From Nitrospira sp. (lineage in GTDB: Bacteria; Nitrospirota; Nitrospiria; Nitrospirales; Nitrospiraceae), in assembly GCA_041742455.1 (NCBI GenBank), contig JBGSIO010000145.1, positions 9,335 through 73,334 on the forward strand: a stretch of 64,000 nt of DNA. The letters run 5' to 3'. Shown here piece by piece: positions 27,643 to 37,802 of this stretch. Each line of letters opens with the position of its first letter. Positions within the stretch are counted from its first letter, which is position 1. A program made the position numbers and the translations under genes. The notes beneath the pieces were generated by a model. The model was not told where the DNA came from, searched no databases, and saw nothing but the letters and a program-made list of their open reading frames with translations.

Positions 27643-28776
27643 TCACGACCCTTCAATCACCTCGATATTCGTCCGTGGAACCACGACTCGGCTTCCATCG
27701 GATAACGTTACTTCCAACACTCGCACCTCGCTCTCCGTGGGAATCTTGATCAGTTCAGGCGGAAGAGCCGACACTTCGCCGATGCGCCCAAACATGGGAT
27801 CACGGATGATACGGACCGGGTCGCCACGACGAATGCCCTCGCGTTGTGGCTGAGCCGCTCCCCCTGCCTGTCCATCTCCCTGCGGAATGATAATTTCAGG
27901 ACGAATCACTCCGGCTCGGATCTGAGTGGCACCGGAGATCGACGCTTTCCGGCCGGCGTGAGCTGAGAGCAGCTTGAATGTTTTGGCCGCCATTGGAATG
28001 GTCCCAAAACCCTCGGTCAAGATCAAAGTAAACCCCACCTGCTCTGTCCCTGTGATCGCCACGCCAAGGTCATACCCCAATAAAGCGCGCAGATCCTCAT
28101 CATGAATCCCGCCCACAACCAGGCCGGCCACACCTACCGTTTTGGCCTGGTTCATCGCATCGGCTGAAAGGAAGGATCCTCCGATCACAACTTTGCCCTT
28201 CATGGCAGGAGTAAGGTGCCCAGGAGTCAACGGTTCGTCTGGAGATTTCACCGCCATCACAATCTCACCCGAGGTCTCCCCACCGATGCCGAAGATGCCT
28301 TGGACCAGGCTGCAAGTCGTTTCCACTACAACGCCCTGCTGAGGGATCGTTTCGACAATGGCTCCATCCACATAGGCCAGTAACTGCAGCAGGCGCGGCG
28401 GTTCACGCAAGAGCACTTGTCCTGTCACGCTCGATATTGACTCGATCGTCCCTGTGACCGGTGAGCGAATCTCGGTCTTGAACCATTTAATCAGCGGCTT
28501 ATTCTCAGCAAGTATCTCATCTTTCGCGACTGCATCACCGGCCTTCTTGATCAAATAGTCCTTGATCTCGCCCGGGGCGACACTCAGCTGATTCGCGAGA
28601 TTGACTGGAAACACTTTCCCCGGCAATTCTGCCTGAGCCACCACCTGATCGGAACGGACTCGATCGCCAACTTGCACCAGCAGCGTCCCTGGCAGAGGTA
28701 ACATGCGCCGACGATGGACGACCGTATGGTCAGTGACAGTTAAACCGGGGGTATAGGAATGAGCCATCGTATTCAC
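27643..28776 (-). CDS. Conserved hypothetical protein with barrel-sandwich-hybrid repeats and a KOW-like C-terminus
   Basis: LLVQVGDRV, KKAGDAVAKDEILAE...IRSPVTGTI, GDPVRIIRDPMFGRIGEV. Confidence 0.75.
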   Translation of the reverse strand: MNTMAHSYTPGLTVTDHTVVHRRRMLPLPGTLLVQVGDRVRSDQVVAQAELPGKVFPVNLANQLSVAPGEIKDYLIKKAGDAVAKDEILAENKPLIKWFKTEIRSPVTGTIESISSVTGQVLLREPPRLLQLLAYVDGAIVETIPQQGVVVETTCSLVQGIFGIGGETSGEIVMAVKSPDEPLTPGHLTPAMKGKVVIGGSFLSADAMNQAKTVGVAGLVVGGIHDEDLRALLGYDLGVAITGTEQVGFTLILTEGFGTIPMAAKTFKLLSAHAGRKASISGATQIRAGVIRPEIIIPQGDGQAGGAAQPQREGIRRGDPVRIIRDPMFGRIGEVSALPPELIKIPTESEVRVLEVTLSDGSRVVVPRTNIEVIEGS

Positions 28777-28833
28777 CAGGACTGAGCGAATGCGTCTTCT
28801 CTTAGCATCTCAGTCCTTCGCCCTCAGCTCTCA

Positions 28834-30666
28834 CTACTCCGCTGTCGGATACAGTCCGACTGCCTTGAACCATTTCGCCAGTGCCGCGACACGTCCTGGT
28901 TGATCAGCTGGAAGTCGGAGCGGTCGCCCACGGCCATCGAGCAAAAGTCCGACAACTCCGCCCTGGACTTCTCGCGTCACGGGCACACCAGCCCCAGCCC
29001 CCATATTGACCCCTTTAGCGGGCTGAACCTTGATCGTAGCTTGCGCGCCTGATTCCAACGGAAACAGCCGCAGCTCGCCGAATCTCAGTTGCTCTTTCAT
29101 GGCCTTCCCATCGGGCCCCGTCAGTTCATAGTCTGCACAGAGCTCTCCGTCTTTTCCCTGTCCGATCGGCGCCACGCAGGTCCCGAGATAGATCATGCAA
29201 TCTCGCACAAAGACATCCGTCGCAGCCTGTTCATTGATCGTGGACAGGACTCCGAGGTGTGGCATCATAAAAATGCTGTCGACCGACAACCTCGTACAAC
29301 CCGTCGGCTCATACGCATCGACCATCATGAGCATCGATTGGATACGCCGTGGCGCATGGGACAGAATTCCGCCGCTTCCGACAATCAGATCCAGCTTCAG
29401 CATGTCGATCAACGTCTTGCCGGAGGTCTGTTGTTCGAAGACATCCGAAATTGTCCGCTCTTGCTGCACACCTTTGAGTCCCGTGGCCAGCGACTTGTGA
29501 TGGATCAGGGCCAGCCGCAGGGCTTCTCGCGCAATTGCCTGCTCGATCTGCAGTTCGTCGAGCGTTTGCGGAATGGTCGTGGGCCGGATCATTTTGTTTT
29601 TAATCCGGTTGCGCAGGGTCTGCTCGTCGATCGTGAACGGAACCCAGCGCATGATGTTGGCCAATCCTGCTTCAGCCAGCACATTGGACACACTGTAGGA
29701 CATGCCGAGATTGGCGCTGACCGTTCGGTTAAACACTCCGTCAAACACGGAAAATACGTCGGTCGTCGCGCCTCCGATGTCCACGCCGATCAGGTTCAAG
29801 TGTTCCCGCTTGGCGATCGTCTCCATGATGAGGCCAACGGCAGCGGGAGTTGGCATGATCGGCGCTCCGGTCATGTCGATCAGCTTCTTGTACCCAGGCG
29901 CCTGCTGCATGACATGCTCAAGAAAGAGATCATGAATTTTGTTCCGCGCCGGCGCCAGATTCTCTCGTTCCAGGACCGGTCGAATATTCTCCGTGACTAC
30001 CAGCGCCGACTTGTTCTCCAGAATCGTTCTCACTTGCGACTGGGCTTCCTTATTGCCCGCGTAGATCAACGGCAATTTGTAGGTCACCCCAAACCGTGGT
30101 CGGGGTTCCGCCGCGGCGATATATTCTGCCATCTCTACTACATGCGTGACCGCCCCACCATCGGTTCCACCCGACATCAGAATCATGTCCGGCCTCATGG
30201 AACGGATTCGTTCGATCTTTTCATGTGGTAACCGCCCATCGTTCGCAGCCAACACATCGATTACGATGGCACCGGCCCCCAGCGCGGCCCGCTGCGCGCT
30301 CTCCCCCGTCATATTCTGTACGACTCCGGTCACCATCATCTGCAACCCACCACCGGCACTGCTGGTCGAGATATAGATGTCGACTCCCGTCTTGTCGTCT
30401 CGACAGGGCGTGATGATCTTGTCTCCATCAAGAATCTTGCGACCAGAGAGCTCCTCGATTTCAGCAATTGCATTCAGCACACCACGCGTGACGTCTTCGA
30501 ATGGCGCTTCTACCGTCGTCGGCGCTTCACCCCGATAGGTCTGCCGATATTCGTCGCCGACCTTTTCGATGAGAATGGCTTTCGTCGTCGTGCTGCCACA
30601 ATCAGTGGCGACAATGACGTTGAGAGGCTGGGCACTCTTAGCCGATTCGGCGTGTGCCATTAGCAA
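28834..30666 (-). CDS. glmL: Glutamate mutase L (GlmL/MutL)-family ASKHA-fold protein
   Basis: ATDCGSTTTKA and GVDIGGATTDVFS phosphate loops; SSAGGGL, PDMILMSGGTDGG, IMPTPAAV, RTVSANLGMSYS. Confidence 0.85.
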   Translation of the reverse strand: MLMAHAESAKSAQPLNVIVATDCGSTTTKAILIEKVGDEYRQTYRGEAPTTVEAPFEDVTRGVLNAIAEIEELSGRKILDGDKIITPCRDDKTGVDIYISTSSAGGGLQMMVTGVVQNMTGESAQRAALGAGAIVIDVLAANDGRLPHEKIERIRSMRPDMILMSGGTDGGAVTHVVEMAEYIAAAEPRPRFGVTYKLPLIYAGNKEAQSQVRTILENKSALVVTENIRPVLERENLAPARNKIHDLFLEHVMQQAPGYKKLIDMTGAPIMPTPAAVGLIMETIAKREHLNLIGVDIGGATTDVFSVFDGVFNRTVSANLGMSYSVSNVLAEAGLANIMRWVPFTIDEQTLRNRIKNKMIRPTTIPQTLDELQIEQAIAREALRLALIHHKSLATGLKGVQQERTISDVFEQQTSGKTLIDMLKLDLIVGSGGILSHAPRRIQSMLMMVDAYEPTGCTRLSVDSIFMMPHLGVLSTINEQAATDVFVRDCMIYLGTCVAPIGQGKDGELCADYELTGPDGKAMKEQLRFGELRLFPLESGAQATIKVQPAKGVNMGAGAGVPVTREVQGGVVGLLLDGRGRPLRLPADQPGRVAALAKWFKAVGLYPTAE

Positions 30667-30766
30667 CCACTCTGGCTAAGAGTGAGTCGCTCGTCGTACG
30701 TGAAGTGTGACGCGCGAGAAATTAGAAACAAGATACACTTCACGAGATACGCTTCACGGCGGTATG

Positions 30767-31138
30767 TCATTGAGCCGTTGCTCCCTTTGGAGCAGACTTG
30801 GCTTCAATGATGGCAATGAGACGAGTGACTGTATCCCGGCGTTCGAGCAAGCGGGAAACTTGCTCGACTTCTTTGACGTTGAACGCGCAATCGATGATCG
30901 GCGTCATGAAATGCAGGGCTTGACTACCCAGAAAGTTCATCGGCCCCATGGACTCCAAAAACATCGCCGCCGGCGCCGCCATACCGCGCTTGACGATCGT
31001 CTCGGCGATCCGTTCCAGCAACTGACCATCCTCGATTGAAAGAGGCTGATCCTCAGGCCGTACGGCAAAGGCATGGCGCAGTCCGGCTCGGACTTTGGCC
31101 AGCTTTTCCGCTGCGTTTCCCTTGAAGAATGGTCGCAT
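30767..31138 (-). CDS. Small hypothetical protein, first gene of the GlmL operon
   Basis: 123-aa ORF directly downstream of a consensus-like promoter. Confidence 0.75.
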   Translation of the reverse strand: MRPFFKGNAAEKLAKVRAGLRHAFAVRPEDQPLSIEDGQLLERIAETIVKRGMAAPAAMFLESMGPMNFLGSQALHFMTPIIDCAFNVKEVEQVSRLLERRDTVTRLIAIIEAKSAPKGATAQ

Positions 31139-31176
31139 AAGTGTAGGTTGGATAAGGCAAACCTCAAACGGGTCGC

Positions 31177-31205
31177 ATTATATGAAGGGGGTGCAGGAGA
31201 GTCAA
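31177..31205 (-). promoter_or_regulatory. Sigma70 promoter of the GlmL operon
   Basis: Minus strand TTGACT-N17-TATAAT. Confidence 0.75.
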
Positions 31206-31340
31206 TTCGATGGTGGAACCGGAAAACTGGTATCAAGGCCTAGCATCCCAGTACCCTTAAGCGTCACTGTGAAGTGGACGTAACAATCGAACGTCTTCAA
31301 ACGGTGATGACATAAGGCACACATTGGATTAAACTGGCCC

Positions 31341-31619
31341 ATGAAGCCGTTTCGTTGGAACCACGAGAAGAATGAACGACTGAAAGCTGAGCGAAATATT
31401 TCTTTCGAGGAAATCGTGCTTGCCATTGAAACCGATGGATTGCTCGATATTGTGGCGCACTCCAACCTCGGCAAATACCCTCGTCAACGAATGTTTGTCG
31501 TCGCGATCGAGCACTATGCCTACTTGGTTCCGTTCGTGGAAGAATCGGACCACTATTTCCTGAAAACGGTCATTCCGAACAGGAAGGCGACCCGTGACTA
31601 CTTGAAAGGTGGTGTGTAA
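31341..31619 (+). CDS. BrnT-like type II TA toxin
   Basis: FRWNHEKNERLKAERNISFEEIV...FLKTVIPNRKATRDYL; adjacent RHH gene. Confidence 0.75.
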   Translation: MKPFRWNHEKNERLKAERNISFEEIVLAIETDGLLDIVAHSNLGKYPRQRMFVVAIEHYAYLVPFVEESDHYFLKTVIPNRKATRDYLKGGV

Positions 31620-31946
31620 ATGAGAAAACATCGACCATCATATGAGGAAGAAATTGCCAAAGACTATGAAAAAGGCCGCTTCAAGTCCGTTGCTCCCTCA
31701 AAAGCCGAACTCAAGCGCTTTAAAGAAGCGGCCCGGGCGACGTTCATCAAAAACCGGAGAGTCAACGTGAGATTGTCCTCGCCCGATTTGATGGATATCC
31801 AGACTCGTGCTGCCGAAGAAGGGGTGCCGTACCAAACACTCATTGCCAGCGTACTACATAAGTTCGTGACAGGTCGATTCACGGAAAAATCATCGCGTCT
31901 CACAACGCGGTCGAGCGGGCGCGCCAAACGACGTCGTGCTGCCTAA
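31620..31946 (+). CDS. CopG/RHH antitoxin; C-terminus reads through an attC-like sequence
   Basis: RVNVRLSSPDLMDIQTRAAEEGVPYQTLIASVLHKF. Confidence 0.8.
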   Translation: MRKHRPSYEEEIAKDYEKGRFKSVAPSKAELKRFKEAARATFIKNRRVNVRLSSPDLMDIQTRAAEEGVPYQTLIASVLHKFVTGRFTEKSSRLTTRSSGRAKRRRAA

Positions 31947-31955
31947 GACTTAGGG
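31897..31955 (+). other. Eroded attC-like site
   Basis: GTCTCAC-AACGCGGTCGAGCGGGCGCGCC...CTTAGGG; each core box is one mismatch from RYYYAAC/GTTRRRY. Confidence 0.45.
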
Positions 31956-31970
31956 ACATCGAAAAGTCTG

Positions 31971-32238
31971 ATGGCCATGGGACTTATCACACCTAAGACC
32001 GTTGCTGAAAAGCTTGCCGCTCACCTGCAACATAAGCTATCGCTGGACAGCCTAGTGGCCTGGGCAGATTTGGCAATGATGGACGGCGAATTCGATCCAG
32101 CTCATCTCCCGACCATTCGCGACTGTGGCGAGAATCGGCGTCGCCGACGTAGGCGCATTCGACCTCACCTGGGAAGACTGCGAGCAACTCCTCACGCAGC
32201 TCGGCTCTTCCGCACAAGTCAGCATCGTCGCTCAGTAG
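31971..32238 (+). pseudogene. Frameshifted small hypothetical gene
   Basis: Frame 1 gives MAMGLITPKTVAEKLAAHL...PTIRD; a shifted frame continues VARIGVADVGAFDLTWEDCEQLLTQLG...AQ* to 32238; break near 32125. Confidence 0.7.
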
Positions 32239-32485
32239 CTGTCCGTCGAGGACTTCGACATGATGGTTCCGCTCTATGCAGCAGTAGATAGCGTTACTAT
32301 ACTCAGGTTGCTCAATCTCCTACTTCTCAATTCTTGCAAGAAAAAGTAGAATGGCGCAGTTTTAGCTGAGCGTCCGCGGTTTATCTGCCATCCTAAGTCG
32401 ATATAACGAAGGTGTACGAAGCTCATTTGATGTGCTGATCCACGTTCTAATCCATTAGCTTTGAAACCTTAGCGACGGTGATTCC

Positions 32486-35400
32486 TTGAACGACCAACAA
32501 GCACCTAGCCATGAACGCCACAAGGTGGTTCGACTTATCGATTATCTGACACGGCTGGCTCAGCTTCGCACGAAGTTGATTCGAGACATTGCTGAATATG
32601 AAAAGGTTATTTGGATATCAGATGTTCCCCAGGAGCGAGGTTGCTTCACGCAAGCATGGGGACGTGAGGAGGAACATGATCCGGACGAATGGCTAGAAGT
32701 GCAAGGCAGGCGCGAGCCGGAATTGCCAGCCGTCCCCTCTCAATGTAAAGACTGGGTAAAACTATCGGAGCTTCGCAACAAGAACGACTTGCCAGAACTC
32801 ATGCTTGAGATCACCCGAGAAATCCAGAATCCCGATTGGCGGGAAGGATCTGACCAACCCGAAACCATTCCGCATATCGAATTGCTCGGAGATCATCCAG
32901 AGGTGCGGCAAACGTGGGACCAGTATGTAGAAAACAAATGGTTCCCTTGGAGGGAACAACATAATTTGTGGGAAAGAGTTCAAAAGGTTTATTCCGCCCT
33001 TTTTGCCACCCATCAAGAACAACTTCGCTTGGGCGAGGAATATGAGCTTGTACTAGGTCTGGGTCTGCTGACATGGCAGACACCTACTGGACAGCGCGTC
33101 AGACGACACCTGGTTGTCGCCGATGCTTTCTTAAAGTCTGAAGCTCAGTTAGGCAAATTCACTGTCCATCCGCACACTGAAGGCGCCAAACTACGGCCAG
33201 AGCTCGATATGCTAGACATCGAAGAACAACCGGCACGAGCGGAAGAAACCGCGAAGGGCTCATTAGGCGATGCAGAAGATGATCCCTGGGATAGGCACTG
33301 TGTTGAAGGCGTTCTTCAAGCCCTAGTGCATTCGATCAATTCGCAAGGTGATTATAACGACTCATTGGAGGCAAAAACTATCCGTGCATTGCCAAAGCCC
33401 ATTGTAGAATATGCCCCTGCTTTGATCCTCCGAAAGCGTACCGCCAAAGGCCTCACTGAAACCCTGAAACGCATAAGGGAGCAGGTTGAGCGTGGTGAAG
33501 ACATCCCTGGCGAATTCGCAGATCTTGCAGAGATTAGTCCACAGGCTGATCACGAATCGACCAATGAGGCAGAAGAGATTAGGAATAAATTTGGTGGAGA
33601 TATTTTCTTCCCAAAACCATCGAATGACCAGCAACGGCGTATCGTCGACAAAATCCAATCATCAAGCGGTGTACTGGTGCAAGGTCCTCCCGGGACCGGA
33701 AAGTCTCATACCATTGCGAATCTTATCTGTCATTTGCTAGCAACTGGGAATCGCATACTTGTAACTGCAAAGACCCCAAGAGCCTTGCAGGTGCTTCTAG
33801 GTAAGAACGATGAGAAAAAACCACTCAAGGTAAACGCCCCATATAACGATAATCAGAAAGATTACGGCCATATTCCTGAAGAAATCAAGCCATTGTGTAT
33901 CAACTTGCTTGGCAGTGGGCAGGAAGAAAAGAAATCACTAAACGCGAGTGTCCTTGGCATACTTCGTAAAAACGAGGAGTGGAAACCAGACTCTGCTAGC
34001 CAGGAGCAGCAGAGTCTTGAAAAGCGCCTTGGGAAGCTTCGCGAGGAAAAGACAATAGTCAGCCGGCGCCTTCGCGATATTCGGGAGTCCGAGACCCACA
34101 CGCAATCGATCGCGGAAGGAGTTTATCGTGGGACGGCAGCCAGAATCGCTGAAGCCGTAAATCGCAACCGAGCTACCTATGAATGGTTCGTGGATTCCAT
34201 TCCCCTGGATAAGTCTTGCCAGACTTCCGCAAACGACCTGCGAAGCATGCTGGTGGCCCTTCGCCAATTCACGACGGAAAAGCGTAAGGAATTGGGGCTT
34301 GCATGGCCCGAGACGTTGCCATCCAACGAACGTTTTGCTGAACTGGTGAAGAGAGAAGCCAGTGCGGCAGAAGAAGAGCAGAACTTCAAAGACGGAGCTG
34401 ATGAACGCACTGCCGATCACCTCGCACAAAGCAGTTCGGCAACCATTGAGGCAATTCTTGAACCCCTGTGCACTTTTCGCGATGCTCGAAAGAGAATGCT
34501 AACAACATCGTATTCTTGGATAGGCGAGGCCGTTCGCGACATCCTGAGCGGCAATCCGACCCTATGGCAGGAACTTCACCGTGTCACGCAAGGCGTAATT
34601 TCATCAGTCGAGCGACTCATTGACACTGCGGATAACACTCACATCGAGTTCCCGAATACCCTCGATATCAGAATGCTTTACGAAGATGCTCGGCAACTGC
34701 AATACCACATGGAAAACGGAGGAAAATTGGGTTGGGGGATCTTTCGACCCAAATTAGTAAAAGAGCGAACTTATGTTATCGAGACTGTAACAATCGACGG
34801 ACGGGCATGCTTTACGGTCGAACATTTTTCAACTCTTGCCGATGTGCTGCATGTGCGCATTCAATGTGAGAAGGCATGGGGCTTCTGGGTAGGGAGGAGC
34901 GAGAGGGTTCCAGGGCCATATAGGCTACAACTGTCCGCCCTAAAATCACAGCGTGATGGACTCAAGCACGCCTTGTCACTCGAAGTGCATATTGCTAAAT
35001 GCCGGGAGGCTATCGGGCAATATCCAACGCTAGATCAGCCTCTATTCGTTGACGAATCCCAGATTGAGAGGATTATCTCCTCATGCCATCTAGCACTAGC
35101 TCGTACCCGTAAGCGGCTCGTCTCTGAAGAAATTCAATGTATTGAGACTCCTATTTCTCGCATGGCTGCCCAGGCCAATATACACCCCGTTGTAAATGAT
35201 GTGCTGACCGCGATTCGTAGCCGCAACGTGGATAGATTTGCTAAGAGTGTAAACGCAATTCAAGAACTGGAGCAAATGCGGCAGCGGCTTCAGAGGGCGG
35301 ATGAGGATTTTTTAAATCTGCGGCGTATTCTGCCACGCCTTGCAGATAGGCTTCAACGAACTTGTGGTAATCCAGTATGGGATGAAAGGGTCCAGCAGAT

Positions 35401-37414
35401 TGGTGATGCTTGGCATTGGGCTCAAGCAAGTCATTGGATTGAAGAGTATATCCGGAAGGAAGACGTTCCAGCGCTCGCCAAGCGAGCTAAACAGATCGAA
35501 GACGAAATAAACAGCGTTGTCGCGAAGCTCGCTGCACTTCATGCATGGGCATTCTGCTTTAAGCGACTGGAAGAGCCGCATCGCCGGCACCTGGAAGCGT
35601 GGCGCAAGCATGTCAATTCGCTGACTAAATCTGGCACAGGCACACGTGATTTTCGGAATCGTCAGGCGGCTCAGCGAAGCCTAAATCAATGTAAAGATGC
35701 CGTTCCAGCATGGGTGATGCCCTTGCACCGCGTTTGGGACACAGTGGATCCCAAACCAGGCATGTTCGACGTCATCATAGTTGATGAGGCTTCTCAGTGT
35801 GGATTTGAAGCATTGCCTCTCCTCTATCTGGGGAAAAAGATATTAGTCGTTGGAGATGATAAACAGATCAGTCCCAGTGGAGAGTTTCAAGATACGACGC
35901 CGATTAACAAGTTGATAGATGAATTTCTTTATGATTTCAATTTTAAACAATACTTCGATGTCAATGTAAGCCTTTTTGACCATGGGAAGCTTCGCTACGG
36001 AACAGGGCGTATCACACTGCTCGAACACTTCCGCTGCATGCCAGAAATCATCCGTTTCAGCAATGACCTTTGCTATTCGGATACGCCATTAATTCCCTTG
36101 AGGCAGTATGGGCCAAATCGGCTACCACCGCTGGAGCATGTTTTTGTGAACGGTGGGTATCGCGAAGGTTCAAACAGTCGAACAATCAATCGTCCCGAAG
36201 CCGAAGCTATTGTCGATAGAATCGTGGAAATGTGCTGCGACAGCCGATACGACAGTAAGTCGATGGGGGTAGTTGTTCTTCAGGGTGAGGCACAAGCGGC
36301 TTTGATTGAGAATCAGTTGCTTGAGAAACTGGGCGCTGAGGAAATGGAACGGCGGCGCCTGGTCTGCGGCAATTCCTACAGCTTCCAGGGAGATGAGCGG
36401 GATATCATGTTCCTGTCGCTCGTCGCGGCCAGCAACGAAAGAATTGGGGCTCTCACGAAGGCGGTGGACGAAAGGCGCTTCAATGTCGCGGCCAGCCGTG
36501 CTCGTGATCAGATGATTCTTTTCCATTCCGTCACTTGTAATGATCTCAGTTCGTCCTGCCTTCGACGACGATTGCTGGAATTCTTCGAGAATACGAAACC
36601 ACGGCAGATTGCCGGAATTGAGCGAAGTGAACTTGAGCGGCGGGCAGCACAGGACAATCGGCGCCTTGTGAACCCTCCCTCACCATTTGGCAGCTGGTTC
36701 GAAGTTGACGTTGCTCTTGAGCTTCTGCGCAAAGACTTCACGGTTCTTGCCCAGTACGAATTCGCCGGTAGGCGTATAGACCTTGTGGTTGAAGGTGGAC
36801 AAGCACGCTTGGCCGTAGAATGCGACGGAGACCATTGGCATGGAGCTGACCAGTACGAGGCCGATATGCAACGTCAGCGCGATCTGGAGCGATGCCAATG
36901 GGAATTCTTTCACGTAAGAGAAGCGGCGTTCTACGCCAACAAAGATAATGCCCTTTTAGGGTTATGGAGAGCGTTGGAAGAGCGCGATATTTTCCCGAAC
37001 TCTCAACGTGTGGACCCGGCCCGTGAAGACAATTTGGAAGATGTAGAAATGGGCACATCGGACACTGCTGCTACTGCAGATGACGATGGTGCGGAAAGCG
37101 ATCATGACCATTCATCCGACGGTTCGCCAAGTGACTTCATCGCATCAGGACGTCGGGTGGAAGAGATAACGGGGGTAGAAATACAAGATGCCATTCTCCA
37201 GGCTTTAACGAAGTGCCCGAATCACTCCTGCACCCTGCACTCTCTTGCCGCTCGTGCTCTAAAAGAGCTAGGCGTGTTGACGCGCGGAAAGCCTCGCGAG
37301 GTATTTGAAAAGCGAACCATGCAATCTGTCAGTATTCTCGAAAAACGTGGCCGAATAGAAACCTATAAGGCTAAGAATCGGAGGCTGAGACTGCTCCATC
37401 AAGAAACAGCCTAG
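32486..37414 (+). CDS. 1,642-aa Upf1-like SF1 helicase fused to a Vsr/MTES_1575-like PD-(D/E)xK nuclease and a C-terminal wHTH-like domain; candidate defence protein
   Basis: GPPGTGKS, DEASQ, VVGDDKQ, EHFRC, FQGDERD, RRFNVAASRA; RRIDLVV...LAVECDGDHWH. Confidence 0.9.
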   Translation: MNDQQAPSHERHKVVRLIDYLTRLAQLRTKLIRDIAEYEKVIWISDVPQERGCFTQAWGREEEHDPDEWLEVQGRREPELPAVPSQCKDWVKLSELRNKNDLPELMLEITREIQNPDWREGSDQPETIPHIELLGDHPEVRQTWDQYVENKWFPWREQHNLWERVQKVYSALFATHQEQLRLGEEYELVLGLGLLTWQTPTGQRVRRHLVVADAFLKSEAQLGKFTVHPHTEGAKLRPELDMLDIEEQPARAEETAKGSLGDAEDDPWDRHCVEGVLQALVHSINSQGDYNDSLEAKTIRALPKPIVEYAPALILRKRTAKGLTETLKRIREQVERGEDIPGEFADLAEISPQADHESTNEAEEIRNKFGGDIFFPKPSNDQQRRIVDKIQSSSGVLVQGPPGTGKSHTIANLICHLLATGNRILVTAKTPRALQVLLGKNDEKKPLKVNAPYNDNQKDYGHIPEEIKPLCINLLGSGQEEKKSLNASVLGILRKNEEWKPDSASQEQQSLEKRLGKLREEKTIVSRRLRDIRESETHTQSIAEGVYRGTAARIAEAVNRNRATYEWFVDSIPLDKSCQTSANDLRSMLVALRQFTTEKRKELGLAWPETLPSNERFAELVKREASAAEEEQNFKDGADERTADHLAQSSSATIEAILEPLCTFRDARKRMLTTSYSWIGEAVRDILSGNPTLWQELHRVTQGVISSVERLIDTADNTHIEFPNTLDIRMLYEDARQLQYHMENGGKLGWGIFRPKLVKERTYVIETVTIDGRACFTVEHFSTLADVLHVRIQCEKAWGFWVGRSERVPGPYRLQLSALKSQRDGLKHALSLEVHIAKCREAIGQYPTLDQPLFVDESQIERIISSCHLALARTRKRLVSEEIQCIETPISRMAAQANIHPVVNDVLTAIRSRNVDRFAKSVNAIQELEQMRQRLQRADEDFLNLRRILPRLADRLQRTCGNPVWDERVQQIGDAWHWAQASHWIEEYIRKEDVPALAKRAKQIEDEINSVVAKLAALHAWAFCFKRLEEPHRRHLEAWRKHVNSLTKSGTGTRDFRNRQAAQRSLNQCKDAVPAWVMPLHRVWDTVDPKPGMFDVIIVDEASQCGFEALPLLYLGKKILVVGDDKQISPSGEFQDTTPINKLIDEFLYDFNFKQYFDVNVSLFDHGKLRYGTGRITLLEHFRCMPEIIRFSNDLCYSDTPLIPLRQYGPNRLPPLEHVFVNGGYREGSNSRTINRPEAEAIVDRIVEMCCDSRYDSKSMGVVVLQGEAQAALIENQLLEKLGAEEMERRRLVCGNSYSFQGDERDIMFLSLVAASNERIGALTKAVDERRFNVAASRARDQMILFHSVTCNDLSSSCLRRRLLEFFENTKPRQIAGIERSELERRAAQDNRRLVNPPSPFGSWFEVDVALELLRKDFTVLAQYEFAGRRIDLVVEGGQARLAVECDGDHWHGADQYEADMQRQRDLERCQWEFFHVREAAFYANKDNALLGLWRALEERDIFPNSQRVDPAREDNLEDVEMGTSDTAATADDDGAESDHDHSSDGSPSDFIASGRRVEEITGVEIQDAILQALTKCPNHSCTLHSLAARALKELGVLTRGKPREVFEKRTMQSVSILEKRGRIETYKAKNRRLRLLHQETA

Positions 37415-37500
37415 CAATACGCGGGTTATGATGACTGACAACGAGTGGTCTCCTTTTTATCGACTTGAGCCAGCGCGATAATTGCGACAGAAGAGACGTC

Positions 37501-37761
37501 ATGGACAGAATCCCTTGTGTGACCAAAGCTAAATATCGAAGCGGCTTCAGGATTCATGTAACCTTCGATGACCATTCCGAGAAAACCATCGACTTTCGAC
37601 GCTATCTGAAGGGGCCGGTTTTTGAGCCGCTGAAAGACGTGAAGTACTTTCGGAGATTCTTCCTAGATGGCTGGACCGTCGCCTGGCCAAACGGTGCGGA
37701 CATTGCCCCCGAGGAACTATACGAGAGTGCCGACGTCGGTACGGAACGCGGGGCGGCTTAG
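37501..37761 (+). CDS. DUF2442-like protein (antitoxin-type); likely start 37501
   Basis: VTKAKYRSGFRIHVTFDD...GPVFEPLKD...F...TVAWPNGADIAPEELY. Confidence 0.8.
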   Translation: MDRIPCVTKAKYRSGFRIHVTFDDHSEKTIDFRRYLKGPVFEPLKDVKYFRRFFLDGWTVAWPNGADIAPEELYESADVGTERGAA

Positions 37762-37802
37762 TCTCAAGATCAGTACCAACGCCAACAATCGGTACACCTC
37801 AC

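Noticed and set aside
27600-30770. Short TTCACG / CTCAG heptamer-like runs between GlmL-operon genes (about 27625, 28790-28830, 30700-30760)
   Set aside because: Low-complexity intergenic repeats with no spacers or constant period; not CRISPR, and no function is supportable.
32285-32320. Third attI-like copy (…TATACTCAGGTTG…)
   Set aside because: Only about 9-12 nt resemble the module; there is no promoter part and no GTTRRRY before an ORF.
37409-37431. attC after the helicase (GCCTAGC…GTTATGA)
   Set aside because: The spacer is far too short, and GTTATGA is better explained as part of the antitoxin gene fragment.
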